Below are positions 48,911 through 61,129 of a stretch of 64,000 nt of DNA, piece after piece. Where the stretch lies: positions 124,001 to 188,000 of the forward strand of contig CDMY01000510.1 in NCBI GenBank assembly GCA_001179505.1, written 5' to 3'. The position numbers and the translations under genes were made by a program. Source of the DNA: Vitrella brassicaformis CCMP3155. Lineage: Eukaryota > Protista > Chromerida. The first letter of the stretch is position 1. Each line of letters opens with the position of its first letter. Below the pieces are notes generated by a model. It was not told where the DNA came from. It made no database searches and saw only the letters and a program-made list of their open reading frames with translations.

Positions 48911-49618
48911 CGCGACGTTGGTTTGCACTGATGGACACTTACTTTTTCCGCGCGCCGATGACACTTGTTCTCGCGCTGAGGGATGGATGGATGGATGGGC
49001 TGAACTGTGCTGTTGGTTTACTCTTTTGAGTACACAAGCGACGCAGATGGGCAAGCTGCCGGGCGCGGGCGGGTATGGGTGTGCGTGTGAGTCAGCCTGT
49101 GTGGCAAGCGTCCACACACATAGAGACGCATGTGTAGTGCATGTGCTCACCAGCTTACAGCTGTTTGACACTTGATGTGTGCCTCTCAGTTCACCAATTC
49201 AATTGAGAGACGGCCCATCCTCCAACAGCCATGCAGAGGCAACACCATAGGCCAGCGCACATCACATACAAAAGGCCCTCATCAGTCTTGGCGCTCACGC
49301 CCAGTGCTCTCCTGTCCACTCCACCAATGACTGCTACCCTACGTCCACCAGACTGAATGGCATACGTCTGTCTGTGTGTCTGTGTGTCTGTGTAGGCGAC
49401 ACACGAGAGAGAAACTATACACACACAGGTGTGTATGCCCACTGGTCAAGCCAGCCCGCGATACGATCCACCACACGAAAAAGGCAAACATGCCCGACCG
49501 ATGTGTCGACGGCCGGCCTATCGCCACTGTGGCCAAGGCGGCAAGGGTATACAGGGTGGAAAAATGAGCTGCAGCATTAGAGTGGCGCCACCATCCCTCG
49601 CCCGGCCACGCATTTTAC

Positions 49619-51460
49619 TCAGTCAGTCTGATCCGCAGCGGGCCGCTCGTAGGGCCTGTACTTGATCCACGCAGCCTGCATGTCTTTGGCGCTCAACGGA
49701 AGAGGCTCGCCGCCTGGTGGAGTGGACACACCGCAATGAGGGAAAAGAACGGGTGATCAGGACTTCTTGCTGGGTCTGTGTGGTGTGTGTGGTCTGTGTG
49801 ATGTGTGAGTACATACCGGGGGGGAAGGCCTCGCAGTGCTCGACACACTTGTCCAGGAGCGAGTGCATCTCAGACACAGACTTGGCCCTGATGAATAAAG
49901 CAATAAGCCACATGAACGCATCTATCTAGTGAGGGCACGCGGTCAGTGGTGTGCTCAGCCACGCACACCCTCCCTCCCTCCCTCCCTCACTTGTATCGCT
50001 GTCCGTGGCTGGGCAGCACCCACAGGAAGGAGAACTGCTTCAGCACCCTCACCGACTCAATCTGCGTCGACCAGTCGTACCAGCAGGCGGCTCGCAAGCA
50101 GGTTAGCGATCGGCTGCGGTGCGAGTAACCCAGGTGGTCGCCGGTCATCAACAGGCGATCCTTGTACAACACACACTGACACCAAGAACCACACCATTTC
50201 ATTTGTCCCACTCTGCTCTGTCCTACTTGACCACTCCCACCCCATTCAATCAATGCATTCGCTCACCATGTGACCTTTGGTGTGTCCCGGCGTGTGTACG
50301 AGCTTGACGTCTGGGTCGCCGTCAGGGAGGGATGACACTGGCCCCTTGCCACGCACCCAGTGCTCCAAGCCATAAGTAGACTCGAAGTAGACAGACAAGT
50401 AACACGCCTGAGCAGACAGACAGAGCCGAAAGAACGAAAGGAAGGACCGACCAGGTTGGCATGGTGGTCCATGCCAACATCCATCCATCAACCGGGTGCA
50501 CCACCCGCAGCCCGTGCATTCATATCGCACCGCACCCACCTCGTCTGAGTGCAGCACCCCTTCGCACCCCGTCTGCTTCCTCCAGAAGCGGAGGCCGCTG
50601 ATGCTGTCCCTGTGTGTCATAATCAGGTACTTGACGCCACCTTGCTGCATGACGAAGTCCACCACCTGCTTGGCCTGGCTGGCGGGCTCCACCATGATGT
50701 TGCCCCTACCCTCACGGACGATTAGGTAGCTCTCTGAGCCGATTGGGGGGGTGACGGCGCCCAGGCAGTAGAACTGATAGCCGTCGCCCGAGTCAATGAG
50801 CTCGGGGAAGCCCTCCCACTCGCTGGTCTCCTGCATGAGGGCGGCGGGCAGCTTGGTCCAGTGGATGGCCTTCGGGGGACAACTGACAGCGTTAGCGAGG
50901 GAACGAGTGTGTTAGTGCTGGCGTGTTGGTACAAGAATGTGCTCGTGTGTGAGAGATCTTCTTACTTTTCACTGCTCGTCTCGTCTGAATGAACTCTTCG
51001 CGCGTGGAGGGCTGCTTCTTGACGTATGCACCTGCAGACACACACACACATCCATCCACCATACGAACGAGCAAGTACTGAAGTCGGTCCACCTATCTGC
51101 CCTCTCCCGCTTACGACTCATCTCAATCTCCCCAAATACAGACGGGCATGCGTTGCGGCAACATCCGAGCCCCATACAGAGGTCAACATTCACCTTAACA
51201 GCACCGTACTCGCCCGCGGGCGGCGCGGCAGGTTGCTGGATCTTGTACTTCAGCAGCTCCTCCTGCTCCCTCCTCGCCGCACGCCTGCATGTCAGCATGC
51301 GAACGACAACCAACGGAGTCATCTGACGTATCGCTTTTGCCACCAGGTGTTCACCGACGTACCATTTGCTGTGGATGTAGAGGAGTGCTGAGCCAGCGCC
51401 GACGGCAGCAGCAGCCAATGCTGCGTAGCGCCAGTGTTTGTCAGCACTCTCGGACGACAT
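49619..51460 (-). CDS. Membrane-anchored ferredoxin / metallo-beta-lactamase-fold fusion protein, multi-exon
   Basis: N-terminal TM anchor; VNVDLCMGLGCCRNACPSVF...QPST...CPPKAI (single-cluster ferredoxin); SYLIVRE.RGNIMV, GGVKYLIMTHRD, HTPGHTKGH, LMTGDHL, CWYDW..Q and WVLPSHG (MBL fold). One splice junction (50883-50965) is 1 nt out of phase. Confidence 0.8.
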
Positions 51461-52229
51461 TGCACCAACTGATGCTTTTGCCAGAGTCGCTCCAGCAGAT
51501 CAGTCCAGTCCAGACCAGATCCCTTATTCCAAACAGAGGAAGGCGACAGCACGGCTCCGCCGAGCTGTGGAATGGCAAAGACTTGGTGTGGACGTTTTCA
51601 GCTCGCATTCTCCTTAAGTTTTCTGCCATTCAAGTCAGGTAGGTGGAGCCGTGCTGTCGCATTCCAGACTTGTGGCATAAGCCACGAGATCTGCGCTGGA
51701 GGAACTTCGCTGAGCTAGCATCCGTCAGTTCTGTACCTCTCTTCTCTCTTTGCAACGGGCCCATTTTACCCTTTCCAGAAGCTCGAGATCAACCGTCGAG
51801 ATTTTCGCACAGACAGAGACGGCAAGGAGGACGAAGATTCAACTTGGGGCGAAAAGAGGCCTCGGAAGGCGGGCAAGCTGGGACGCGTGAACCTGACGGA
51901 AGATCTGCTGGCGCAGCAAGAGCAGGCAAGGAGGTTCATCTTCTGCTGCACCCCTCGGGGGCCGCCAAAGGATGGCGTACCGAGGACGGCACGGATCGAC
52001 TGGCGGCCAATGATTCAACGTCGGGCAAGACTGCAGTACGAGGGCATCCCCGCCAAAAAGCAGACTCTGACCAAGACTCTGACCCACCAATCGACCAGAA
52101 TGGACAACAACCGCACGATAGCTGCCTCGTTATTTCATCGTGGCCGTCTCCCCTAAGCTTGTCTGCAGGAGGTGTTGCTGCTGGCTCGAATTGGCATTCT
52201 TTGGGCACCTGCCTTGTCTGCGTTTGGCA

Positions 52230-53958
52230 CAGAGAAAGTGTCACTCAAAGTGAAGCGGTTATGGCGAAGCTGAGCAGCCGTGGTACACAAACGCTGCATT
52301 CGTATGCCCCTTCACACAACTCTGCTGTGCCACATCAGGGGCTGCCAGCCTACGAGGACAGAGCCAAGGTGGTCTCACCGTCATCACTGGCGAGACAGGA
52401 TGCGGTAAGATGAGCCAGCACTGCTACTGTGACGAGATAGACGTCTCCGTCGTCACTTTCCTTTCACTGCAGGCAAGACGACACAGGTGCCCCAATACAT
52501 CCTGGGAGTGAGTTGTTTGCACTCATCGATGTGCTGCCGTATATGTGCGTCCGTGTGTGTGCGGTGTCTGCACAGGCCTGGGCGGACCGCGGCGAGGGAG
52601 ATGACCTCAATACCATGGTCATCCAGCCTCGCCGGTCAGCAGAGGGTGTATGAAGAGTGAGACAGGCAAGCCACACTCAATGCGGCTTTCTGTGGCCTTG
52701 TTGTCCTTTGTTTGCAGCCTGGCCGCCACGTGTGTTGCAGAGCGCGTCAGCACAGAGCTTATGGGCACTGTCGGGGGAGCTGGCTGGCTACAAGATTCGG
52801 TACTACCTACCGAGTGTAGTGAGGGCGCCTTTGCATCTCAGTAGATATTGTGCCTCTCCCAGACATGCCAGCAAAATGGAGCGCGCAGACCAAAATTCTC
52901 TTCGTCACCACGGCATCGCCCTGCTGAAGTGAGGAAGCGCCCGTCATCATTCATCATTTTGTGCCTCATTCCTCACTTCAGCATTTTGTGAGTACAGAAT
53001 GATGGCCACGTCTTCCTGGATGAAGTGCACAAGCGGTCCTCCTCAAAGCACTGAAGGATATCCTGGAGGAGGTGACGGCCCTGCTTGTTCGCTCTCTATT
53101 CTGTCGCTGGATACTGTGTCTTTCTTCTGTCGTTTTTAGCGTAGTCCTTCTGTCCGCCACAGTCAAGGAGAACGAAATCAGCGCCTACTTCGACTCGTGA
53201 GCCTCATGTAATGTCATGTCTCCTTGCGTACAAATGGCGTTTCGCACATGTCTCATTCTTTTTTGCGCAGTGCGCCGATTCACTTAATGCGCGGCCGCGC
53301 ACACATCGTCACGCAGAAATACCTGGAGGTGAGGGCAGAGAAAATTACCCCCAACTCACTGTCTCTTGAATCGGCACTCTGCAAAACATGAATGCAGGAC
53401 GTGATTGAGGAGACAGGCTATTACCATGAGGGTCCGTACGCCGACAAAACCGCGCCGGACTGCACTCTTGATCATTTGAGAGGGTGTGGAGCGACGTCCA
53501 TGCAGAGGCTCTAAGACCAACCGCGGCAGGATTACCGAAAAAGCAACGGAGAACCATACCGCGAGTACACACTACTGCAGCTGCTCCGCCGGAAGAGAGT
53601 GAGACACATACATCGGTGCACGCACTAATACACAGACCGCCTTGCCACCTGTTTTGCCCTTTACAGAATATGAACATCAACACCGCGCTGATTCGAAGAC
53701 TGATAGTCCACATCTACAACTCTACGCCCAGCACAGAAGCCATCCTCGTTTTCCTCCCGGGCGCAGCCGAGATTGAGGCATGCCTCAAGTTCGACTTCCA
53801 ACGACATCTTATCGGCAACCAACAAGCGCCCGACTTTCTGCTGCTGCCCCTTCATAGCCGTCCTTCGTCTGAGCAGGAAAACAGAGCTCTACAAAAGTAA
53901 CCAGACGGTACAATAAAGAAGGATGCCTGTATTGTTGTTTTGGTCGTCCAGGCGTGAG
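52230..53958 (+). pseudogene. DEAH/RHA RNA helicase pseudogene, copy B (N-terminal two-thirds)
   Basis: LPAYEDRAKVV (then frameshift) TVITGETGCG|KTTQVPQYIL (Walker A), IQPRR|LAATCVAERV, HVFLDEVHKR (deletion after), LLSAT, LMRGRAHIVTQKYLE and AILVFLPG, ending in a premature TAA at ~53898. DNA near-identical to 16755-17770 on the opposite strand. Confidence 0.85.
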
Positions 53959-54179
53959 CTACTTGTGATATCATGGCGACCGAGGCCTTATTCCCCCAAC
54001 ATCCCGCGGCCTGGCGTCCCGCCCGGCAGCAGCAGGAATGCCAGACGAATCATCGCTGCCTACATTTTATATTTCGCTGTCCGTGTCTCAAGAAGGACCG
54101 TGTCTCAGCCCAACGAGAAGCATCTGCCTCCGAATAAGTAAACCCACCCAACAAAAGGGAAGCGAAGGAAGTGCCCCGT

Positions 54180-54414
54180 GTCTCACAAGGGCTTCCAGCA
54201 CATATCAGGAGAGAAATCACTCCACCGTGTCAAGCGGCAAATCGCCAGTGCTGCTGGTGGTGGTGGTGGTAGTGGCCTGCAAAATGCAGGGATGGCCCAA
54301 ACGGCCGCCGGCGAGGTGGGTGCTGGCTGTCGTGTGGATGGTGAGGGTGCTGGTGAGGATGCCAAGGCGATGGATGAGCTCAAGGAGAGCTATGCGACGC
54401 TAATGGAACGGTGA
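54180..54414 (+). other. Possible orphan exon (…AGEDAKAMDELKESYATLMER, followed by a GTGAG donor)
   Basis: Coding-like composition and a canonical donor, but no partner exons identified. Confidence 0.25.
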
Positions 54415-54933
54415 GCGATAGAGGAAAGCTCTCTTGATTGGTTGGTTGACGCATTCATTCTCTCTACACCGCATTGGTGTCTGTCTGTCTGTCTGTCTGC
54501 GTGTGTCGATGTGTAGCCGGGTCGTGCCTATATATCGTGTTACTCTTAAGTGGAAGGATTGCCAAGAGTAACACGATATGATCTGAAGCGGGTCGACCAA
54601 GAGTCCGTCGACCCGCTATCCTATTCTGTCTTTCGATGGCGCCCCCTATTCTGTCTGTCGATGTGTGTCTGACAGCTAGGTGACCCATGTGATAGGAATG
54701 TGCTGGGTGTGCGAGTTGCCGGGAGTTGCCTCTCTTGTGGGAGTGATGGATACATTGCTTCCTACGTTTTCTGCGTGTTCGCTGCTCGCATTCGTGAACT
54801 CGCTGCATGTGGAGAATGCTGACTGAGACATGTGTGACGACATGTGTCCTGTCAAACAGTCATCGATCAAGCCGCTACTGTCTACTGTGCCCCACGAGAA
54901 CAACCATCCTTTGCGCACGTGCGTCCCATCAAG

Positions 54934-55068
54934 CCACAGCCCCTCACCGCGCTTGTCGTGACGGCATGAAACTGTCAGTGACGCGGCACCGGCACGGTCA
55001 CCCGCATCTGCTGGACAGCAACAGAAGCGACCGACCATACCGAGACGTCCAACAGATACACGCCATCA
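54934..55068 (-). repeat. Dispersed ~135-bp non-coding repeat (copy 1)
   Basis: Its reverse complement matches 62994-63129, including an exact TGCTGTCCAGCAGATGCGGGT core and CCGTGCCGGTG. Confidence 0.7.
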
Positions 55069-55226
55069 TGAACAGCCAGGAGTGAACCCATTTCCACCAC
55101 ACGAACCACAATCCATCCATCGATCCATCCATGCCCATGCCCATCATGCCATCACAGTGCCTCTGTCTTTCTCAACAGCTCACAGCGCAACACAACACAC
55201 CACGCCACACAGATGAATGCCATCCA

Positions 55227-57146
55227 TTACCCACTGTCATCCCCCCTGTCTCGCTTTTTGTCTTTCTTGCTGCGTTTCTTGTCCTTTTTGCGCTTCTTGT
55301 CCTCCCGCCCGTGGTGCTTCCGCTTCTTCTTGTCCTTGTGGTGGGAATGGCGCTTCCTCCGAGACTCGCGACCTGACACCAGCCAGTGACACACATACAT
55401 GAGCGTGTGGGAGTGTGTGTTTTGATGTTGGTTTGGGCTTACGGTCAGACGAGCTGTCTGAGCTCTCTGACGAATCGGACGACTCATCTCGCCGCCTCTT
55501 GTCGTGGTCTCTGGGTCTCTCCTCGTGAGCGCGCTTCCTCTTGCTGCCCTTGCCCTCAGCCCCGGCGGTCTCGTCTCTCCGCTGCCCCAACAGCGCCTCC
55601 TCCTCCTCTCCGTCTGGCGGCGCCTCCACCATGGCGTACTTCTTGGAGCCAGCCTTGCTGCTTGCATAGCACTCATGGGCCATGTGACCAGACCTGACAG
55701 CCACACACACGACCAAGGTGGCAGACGGATATCCATTGTTGTGCATTGGGGTTTGAGTTGGGAGGTGGGAGCGTACCCGCCACATCGAGGGCAGTTTGTG
55801 TTGTACACAGCTCCAAGGCGGATCCTGTCGCCGCCACCACCGCCTGGGCCGCCTCTGCGGTCGTCGGCATGAAGGTTCTCGGGATCTGACAGACAGAGGA
55901 ATGAACAAAGCACAGACACTTGGCCTCCGCCGGTCGCCCACCCACCCACCCACCCACCCACCACCCACACTCGCTGACCTTTGTCTTCTCCGCGCGTCTG
56001 CCCGACGTATCGCATGTCGACGCCGTAGCGGCCGTCATCCTCGACATTCACCACCTTGACGAATACCTCGTCGCCCACCTCCAGCACGCTCTCGATCTCC
56101 TCGATCTTCTCGTGCGAGATGCGGCTGATATGCAGCAGACCGTCACGGTCGTAGCCATCGATCTGCACCAACGACAGACACGACGGACACAGAGGAGAGG
56201 AATGCAATGCATCACTCATGCAGCTGCAGATGGCCGTGGTGTGAATTTGTTGTGTGGCTAACGCTGATGAAGGCGCCGAACGGCTGGATGGTCTTGACCC
56301 TGCCCTTGTGAATGGTGTGCAGCCGTGGCGGCTCGGTATTGCCACGAGGCTCCCTTCTCCCCCTGCCGCCCTCTGTGTCGCCATCCTGCCCGCCTCCTCC
56401 CAGCCGAATCTGGTTCGCACCAGTGGCGCTCGAGGGCGGGCCTCGCGACTCTCTCCGCCCACTGGCGTGAGCATTGTCGGGATCTGACGACATGACAGAG
56501 GGACAAATCGCCTGGACGGTATGTATATTGGTGTTGGCTCGGCACTCACCTCCGTCTTCGCCGTCCTTTTGCCCGACGTACCGCATATCGACCCCGTACT
56601 TGCCATTCGGCTCGACATTCACCACCTGTGGAATACACACACATGCACGCACACACGCGATGCGTGTTGAGCTGTCATGCGACTGGCTGTGACTGGCTGT
56701 TTGTCGGTCTCACCTTGACGTACACATCATCGCCGACGTGCAGGACGTCCTCCACTCTCTCTGTCTTGTCTGTGGAGATCCGGCTTATGTGGAGCAACCC
56801 ATCGCGGTCATAACCGTCTACCTGAACACACACACAGGCAGACAGGATACGCCATTACCCTTCGTGTGCATGGTGGGTGAGTCCATCGGCTCACTCTGAT
56901 GAATGCACCGAAGGGCTGAATGGTCTTGACCTTCCCCTTGTGAATGGAGTACAGCGGTGGCGGCTGGACGTTCCCGCGAGGCTCGCGGTCTCTCCGCCCT
57001 CCTCGGCCATCGTCAGCTCTACCACCAGATGGCCCGTCACGCCGATCTCTGTCCCTGCCTGATGGGTGGTCACGGAATGACCTGCCGAACTCCCCTCCGA
57101 GGAACCCGCCGCCGAGGCCATCGAAGTCGCCTTCCTCTAGATCCAT
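55227..57146 (-). CDS. S1 RNA-binding protein with two S1 domains, a CCHC zinc knuckle and a Lys-rich tail (pNO40/ZCCHC17-like), multi-exon
   Basis: Two copies of P.L..IHKG.VKTIQPFGAFI.|.DGYDRDGLLHISRIS.......L.VGD.V.VKVVNVE..G.YGVDMRYVGQ. CPRCGG|SGHMAHEC is CX2CX4HX4C. C-terminal KDKKKRKHH...KKDKK. Confidence 0.9.
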
Positions 57147-57147
57147 C

Positions 57148-57179
57148 GATAACCACCTGACGGTGATAACCACCTGACG
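57148..57179. promoter_or_regulatory. 15-bp direct repeat in the 100-bp gap between two divergent genes
   Basis: GATAACCACCTGACG at 57148-57162 and 57165-57179, separated by GT. Confidence 0.5.
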
Positions 57180-57246
57180 ACTCGGAAGCTCGCATCCGAA
57201 ATAATTTGCAGGCAGAAATTATAGTACAATTGAGGCTGCCTGACTG

Positions 57247-58772
57247 ATGACGTTCGGTATCGCCTTCACCGTCGAATTAGCGGAGCAGTTCTTCATCCTC
57301 CACAACACGCTAAGATGCCTGTAAGCAAGCCAACACGCACAAAGATGGCCGGGCCCTGCCTGTGTGTCCGCACTGTGTGTTCCCCGCGGTTGATTGCAGT
57401 CACGACGCCCCGCCATTGGCGTGGGATTGGTACGTGGGGACGTCAGGGCAGCAGTGGGCGGACAGGGGGATATTCGAGCACTCAGAGTCATACCAGCTGG
57501 AGCCGCCCGCAGGGCCAGCCGGAGAGAACTTGGCACTAGGTGACCGACCGCCTGAACGGCTGGCTGGACCACTGTGCGGGGGCGCTTCGCATTGGTGATG
57601 GCGTGATTGTCTTTGTTTGAGTCAGGTCATGAGGATGCACTGAAGGCGACACAAGCGTGGTGAGGGCGAGATGGGATGGGATGGCATTGACACGGCATGG
57701 AATGAGTGTGTCTGACAGGTACGATGAGGTGGAGCAGTGGACGCCAGGCAGCGGCTTCTCATCAGGCACGGGGCACTTGTGAGCAACGAAAGGCACTCAC
57801 ACAGATCGATCACACACACATAGACACACACACCCCCAATGGCATACACATACACGTACCCCTTGGCAGCACGGCGATGGTGTGGAAGGGCGCCAAGTCG
57901 TTTGGCTGTGGCGTCAAGACCGATTCATCGCGGGGCGGCACGCTGTACGTCTGCCGATACAAGGGCGATGACGAGCTGGGCAAGAACACACCCAACATGC
58001 GTAAGCGACAAGGGAAGGCATCGATGGATGGATGGATGGACGGGCGTGCGTCGGTTGGCCTGCACTGCAATGCACTGCAGAGGGCTACTTTGACGAGATG
58101 GTTCAGGAGAGGAACCCTGACAAGACCGAAGAGGCGTGCCGGCAGCAGACTGAGGAGGAATGGGGTATGCCCTGCACACCCACCACACACAACCAACACA
58201 CAACCAACACACACAACCATCTCTCCCCTCCCTCATCATTGTGCTGTCTGTCGGTCCTTCTGTGTTCATTCAGTGAAGCTGCTGGAGGCGGGCATAGGGG
58301 TGCCACCGTCCCTGAGCACCTTCGAGCAGAACATGCTCTCGCCCCTCCGCACAGCAGACGCGTGTGCGGGCACAGGCGTCACACCACAGACTTGTGTCAA
58401 TCTCAACCTCCGACTGAAGAAGTACCGGACGACCTTCGAGCCTCTCTGCGCGTCGGACGATCCGCCAGAGAAGGGGTGCGGCACACTGGGGGAGATGTGC
58501 TGCCTGAGGTGCAACCTCAACGGCAACGATCCTGAGTACACCGAATGCCCAGCAGGTCAGTCAGTCACCAAACTGCTTTTCTGGATGGATGGATGGATTG
58601 GGGGTGCCCTGTTTGTGTGTCTGTGTGTGTGTGTGCAGGTGAGAAGGGTCTTCCGACAGAGCCCAGTGAGCACTTCAGTGAGGAGGAGTGGGAGCGGATC
58701 ATCGGCGAGATAGGGCGGGGGGAAGGAAAACTGCGGCACATTGACCTGCGGCAACCTGCACCGCTCTCCTGA
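57247..58772 (+). CDS. CAP (SCP/PR-1) domain protein with C-terminal cysteine-rich module, 8 exons
   Basis: LHNTLRCL|HDAPPLAWD..QQWA...FEHS...GENLA.G|..AW|YDE....GHF|TAMVWKGAKSFGCG...YVCRY, with all junctions phase-compatible. Confidence 0.9.
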
Positions 58773-59810
58773 CGGAGGAAATTGACCAACCAAGGAGAGA
58801 GGGAGGGAGAGAGGGAGGGAGAGAGGGAGGGATGGAGGGGGGAGGCGGGCAATGCTGCCCCGCCCCGTTGGTCATTTTTGCGGTGCGTTGGCGTAGTCCT
58901 TTTTCGTCTCCTTTTGGTCAAGCGGTCAGGCAGGCAGTGTCCCACAAACGTGTCTGTCTTTTGGACACGGCTTGGCTTGAATTCAATGTCGATAGACCTC
59001 ACCCACCACACACACACACACACATGGTCACAGTGTCTGTCATGCTCACGTGACGTGCAAACACCACCAAGAGAGTGAGGGAGAGAGGGCGAGGGATGAT
59101 GGTTTTTCGTAGGTGTCAGTCAGTCATTTCATGTCGGTCGTCCGTCCGTTTGGTTTTTCCGTGCACACGTGCGTACAGTCCACTTTTTGGTGAGTCGACC
59201 CTCTCCATCCTTGTCACACATCGCTGTCTGTCTGCCTACCTGCCTACCAGGTGTCAGTCAATTCGAGCCTTTCTCCTCTCATTGATTGTGTTGTATAGCC
59301 CATATTTCCCCCCCATGGCCCCCTCCCCCTCCCACCTCCATCTGTCTCACTCACTTGTCTGTCTGTGTAAGGTTGGTTGACACGCCGATCGGATCCATCA
59401 TCAGTGGGGGCTGGGTGGGTGGGGGGGAAAGCCGACTGTCGTCCGACAGGCCGACATGTACAGTACAGGGCATTCACTCGCTGACTCACTCACTGACTCA
59501 CTCCCTCACTCACTCAGTCACTGCATTTATACGGACGGCCCTTGTCGTGGTGTTGTCATGTTTGGTCTGATTTGGTAGTCAATTGTAGCCGGCCGATTCC
59601 GCCCAACAGAACAAACGACACACACGTACAATCAATGGCTTAGCAGACAGAGACAGAATGACTCGATGGCCCAGGTCCAAATGTCTGTATGTCCAAATGC
59701 ACACACGTACACGTCTGCCTATCACACAAACACAAACACCATCAGCGGAGGGAGACAAAGGGGCACATAGCATAGCCATCCATACCATCATCCACCATAC
59801 GACTGGCTGG

Positions 59811-61129
59811 CTATCTCCACGCAGCAATCACCATAGCAGCCACACTTATCATCCCAACCACAGGGGAGAGGGCGCCAATCCGCCGTGTGGCCGCGTCAGG
59901 CGGCTGCTGCAGTGCCTCATTGCAGGGGTAGTCGAGCAGCCCGTCCTGCATCCCGCCGTAGGGCATGCAGTTGCCCGTCCCCTCAGGGTCACACTTGCAC
60001 ACAAACGGGTAGTCGTCAGGGATGACTATCGTATACCCCAAAAGCGCCCCCGTCGCGCCACTCGCAAGACCTCCAAGAGCTCCGGCAAGTGAGCCGATAA
60101 TCTTGGACTGAGATTGCGATTGAGACTGTGATTGCGACTTGGCGGCCAGCTGAGACCCCACTTGTGCGAGAGCACCGCTTCCTCTGCTCTCTGCCCTTCT
60201 CTCATTGTTGCCTGACGACGATATGCCGTCGAATGCCGGGCCGAGCACGCCGCCCGGGCCGCCCCAGTAGTCGGCCGCAATGGCGTAGTACCGGTTGTGC
60301 CTTCCCCTTCTGGCGCGGTTTCGGTAGTGCCGTCTCCGGGGTAAAAATGCGCCGTGCCTTGTCCGCTGACGGAAGAAAGATGACGTGTCGTTGAAGGAGA
60401 AGAGGTCACGCAGTCGGAGGACTGACAGAACGAACAGAGAGAGACACAGAGTGCGTGGATCGGTCCGGTTCCAGCCACAAATGGGCAGTAAGAATGAATG
60501 TTGTGTCGGTGTGTCTCTGTCTCGTGTCGCTCTTGCTTACATGAGGGGAGGGATAGAGACAGCCTCTGGCTCCACTGCTCCTCGGCGTCGACAGGCTGCG
60601 GCATGGCCGGCCCCACCTGCCCAGATGCGTCGATGAACGCCTGACCAATGGCAGGAGCCGGCGCACGGCCGTCGTTCCAGCCAAAATCCTGCTGCTGTGT
60701 GCTGCGATGGGTCGTCCATGAAGGGGCTTGCTGGTGGGGGTGGTACGGGGCTGAAGTCAACCGATGAGGCGAAGTTGAGTAGCCCCAATGTCAGCTGACG
60801 AGTCCCTGATAGTGAGAGAAATAAAGGGATACCAAGCATGCGTGTGTCCTAGGATGGTTGGTTGCAGTGAGGGATGCATGGTCGCAGTAAGTACCTATTT
60901 TGGGGTACAGCGGGGCGTACTCATGGTCCCTGGTGCTGCCCAGGTCCCTGTCCAGCGACACTGCTGTGCTCATCCCCACCCCTGCAATGCGTTGCAAACA
61001 ACCACACAACAACAACAGGAGAGGGAGTCGACGTACTTGCAGTGCAGTGGCCGTCTGCTTTGTGTGTGGCTGGAGGGGCTGCTCACTCTGAGTGAGGAGA
61101 GCCGTGAAGAAGAGGACGAAGGACGCCAT
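59811..61129 (-). CDS. Putative secreted / GPI-anchored surface protein, multi-exon
   Basis: MASFVLFFTALLTQ start. The last exon has an (SQ)n repeat, a Gly/Ala-rich segment, CKCDPEGTGNCMPYGG...YPC and a hydrophobic C-terminus (SPVVGMISVAAMVIAAWR). Middle exons are uncertain. Confidence 0.55.
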
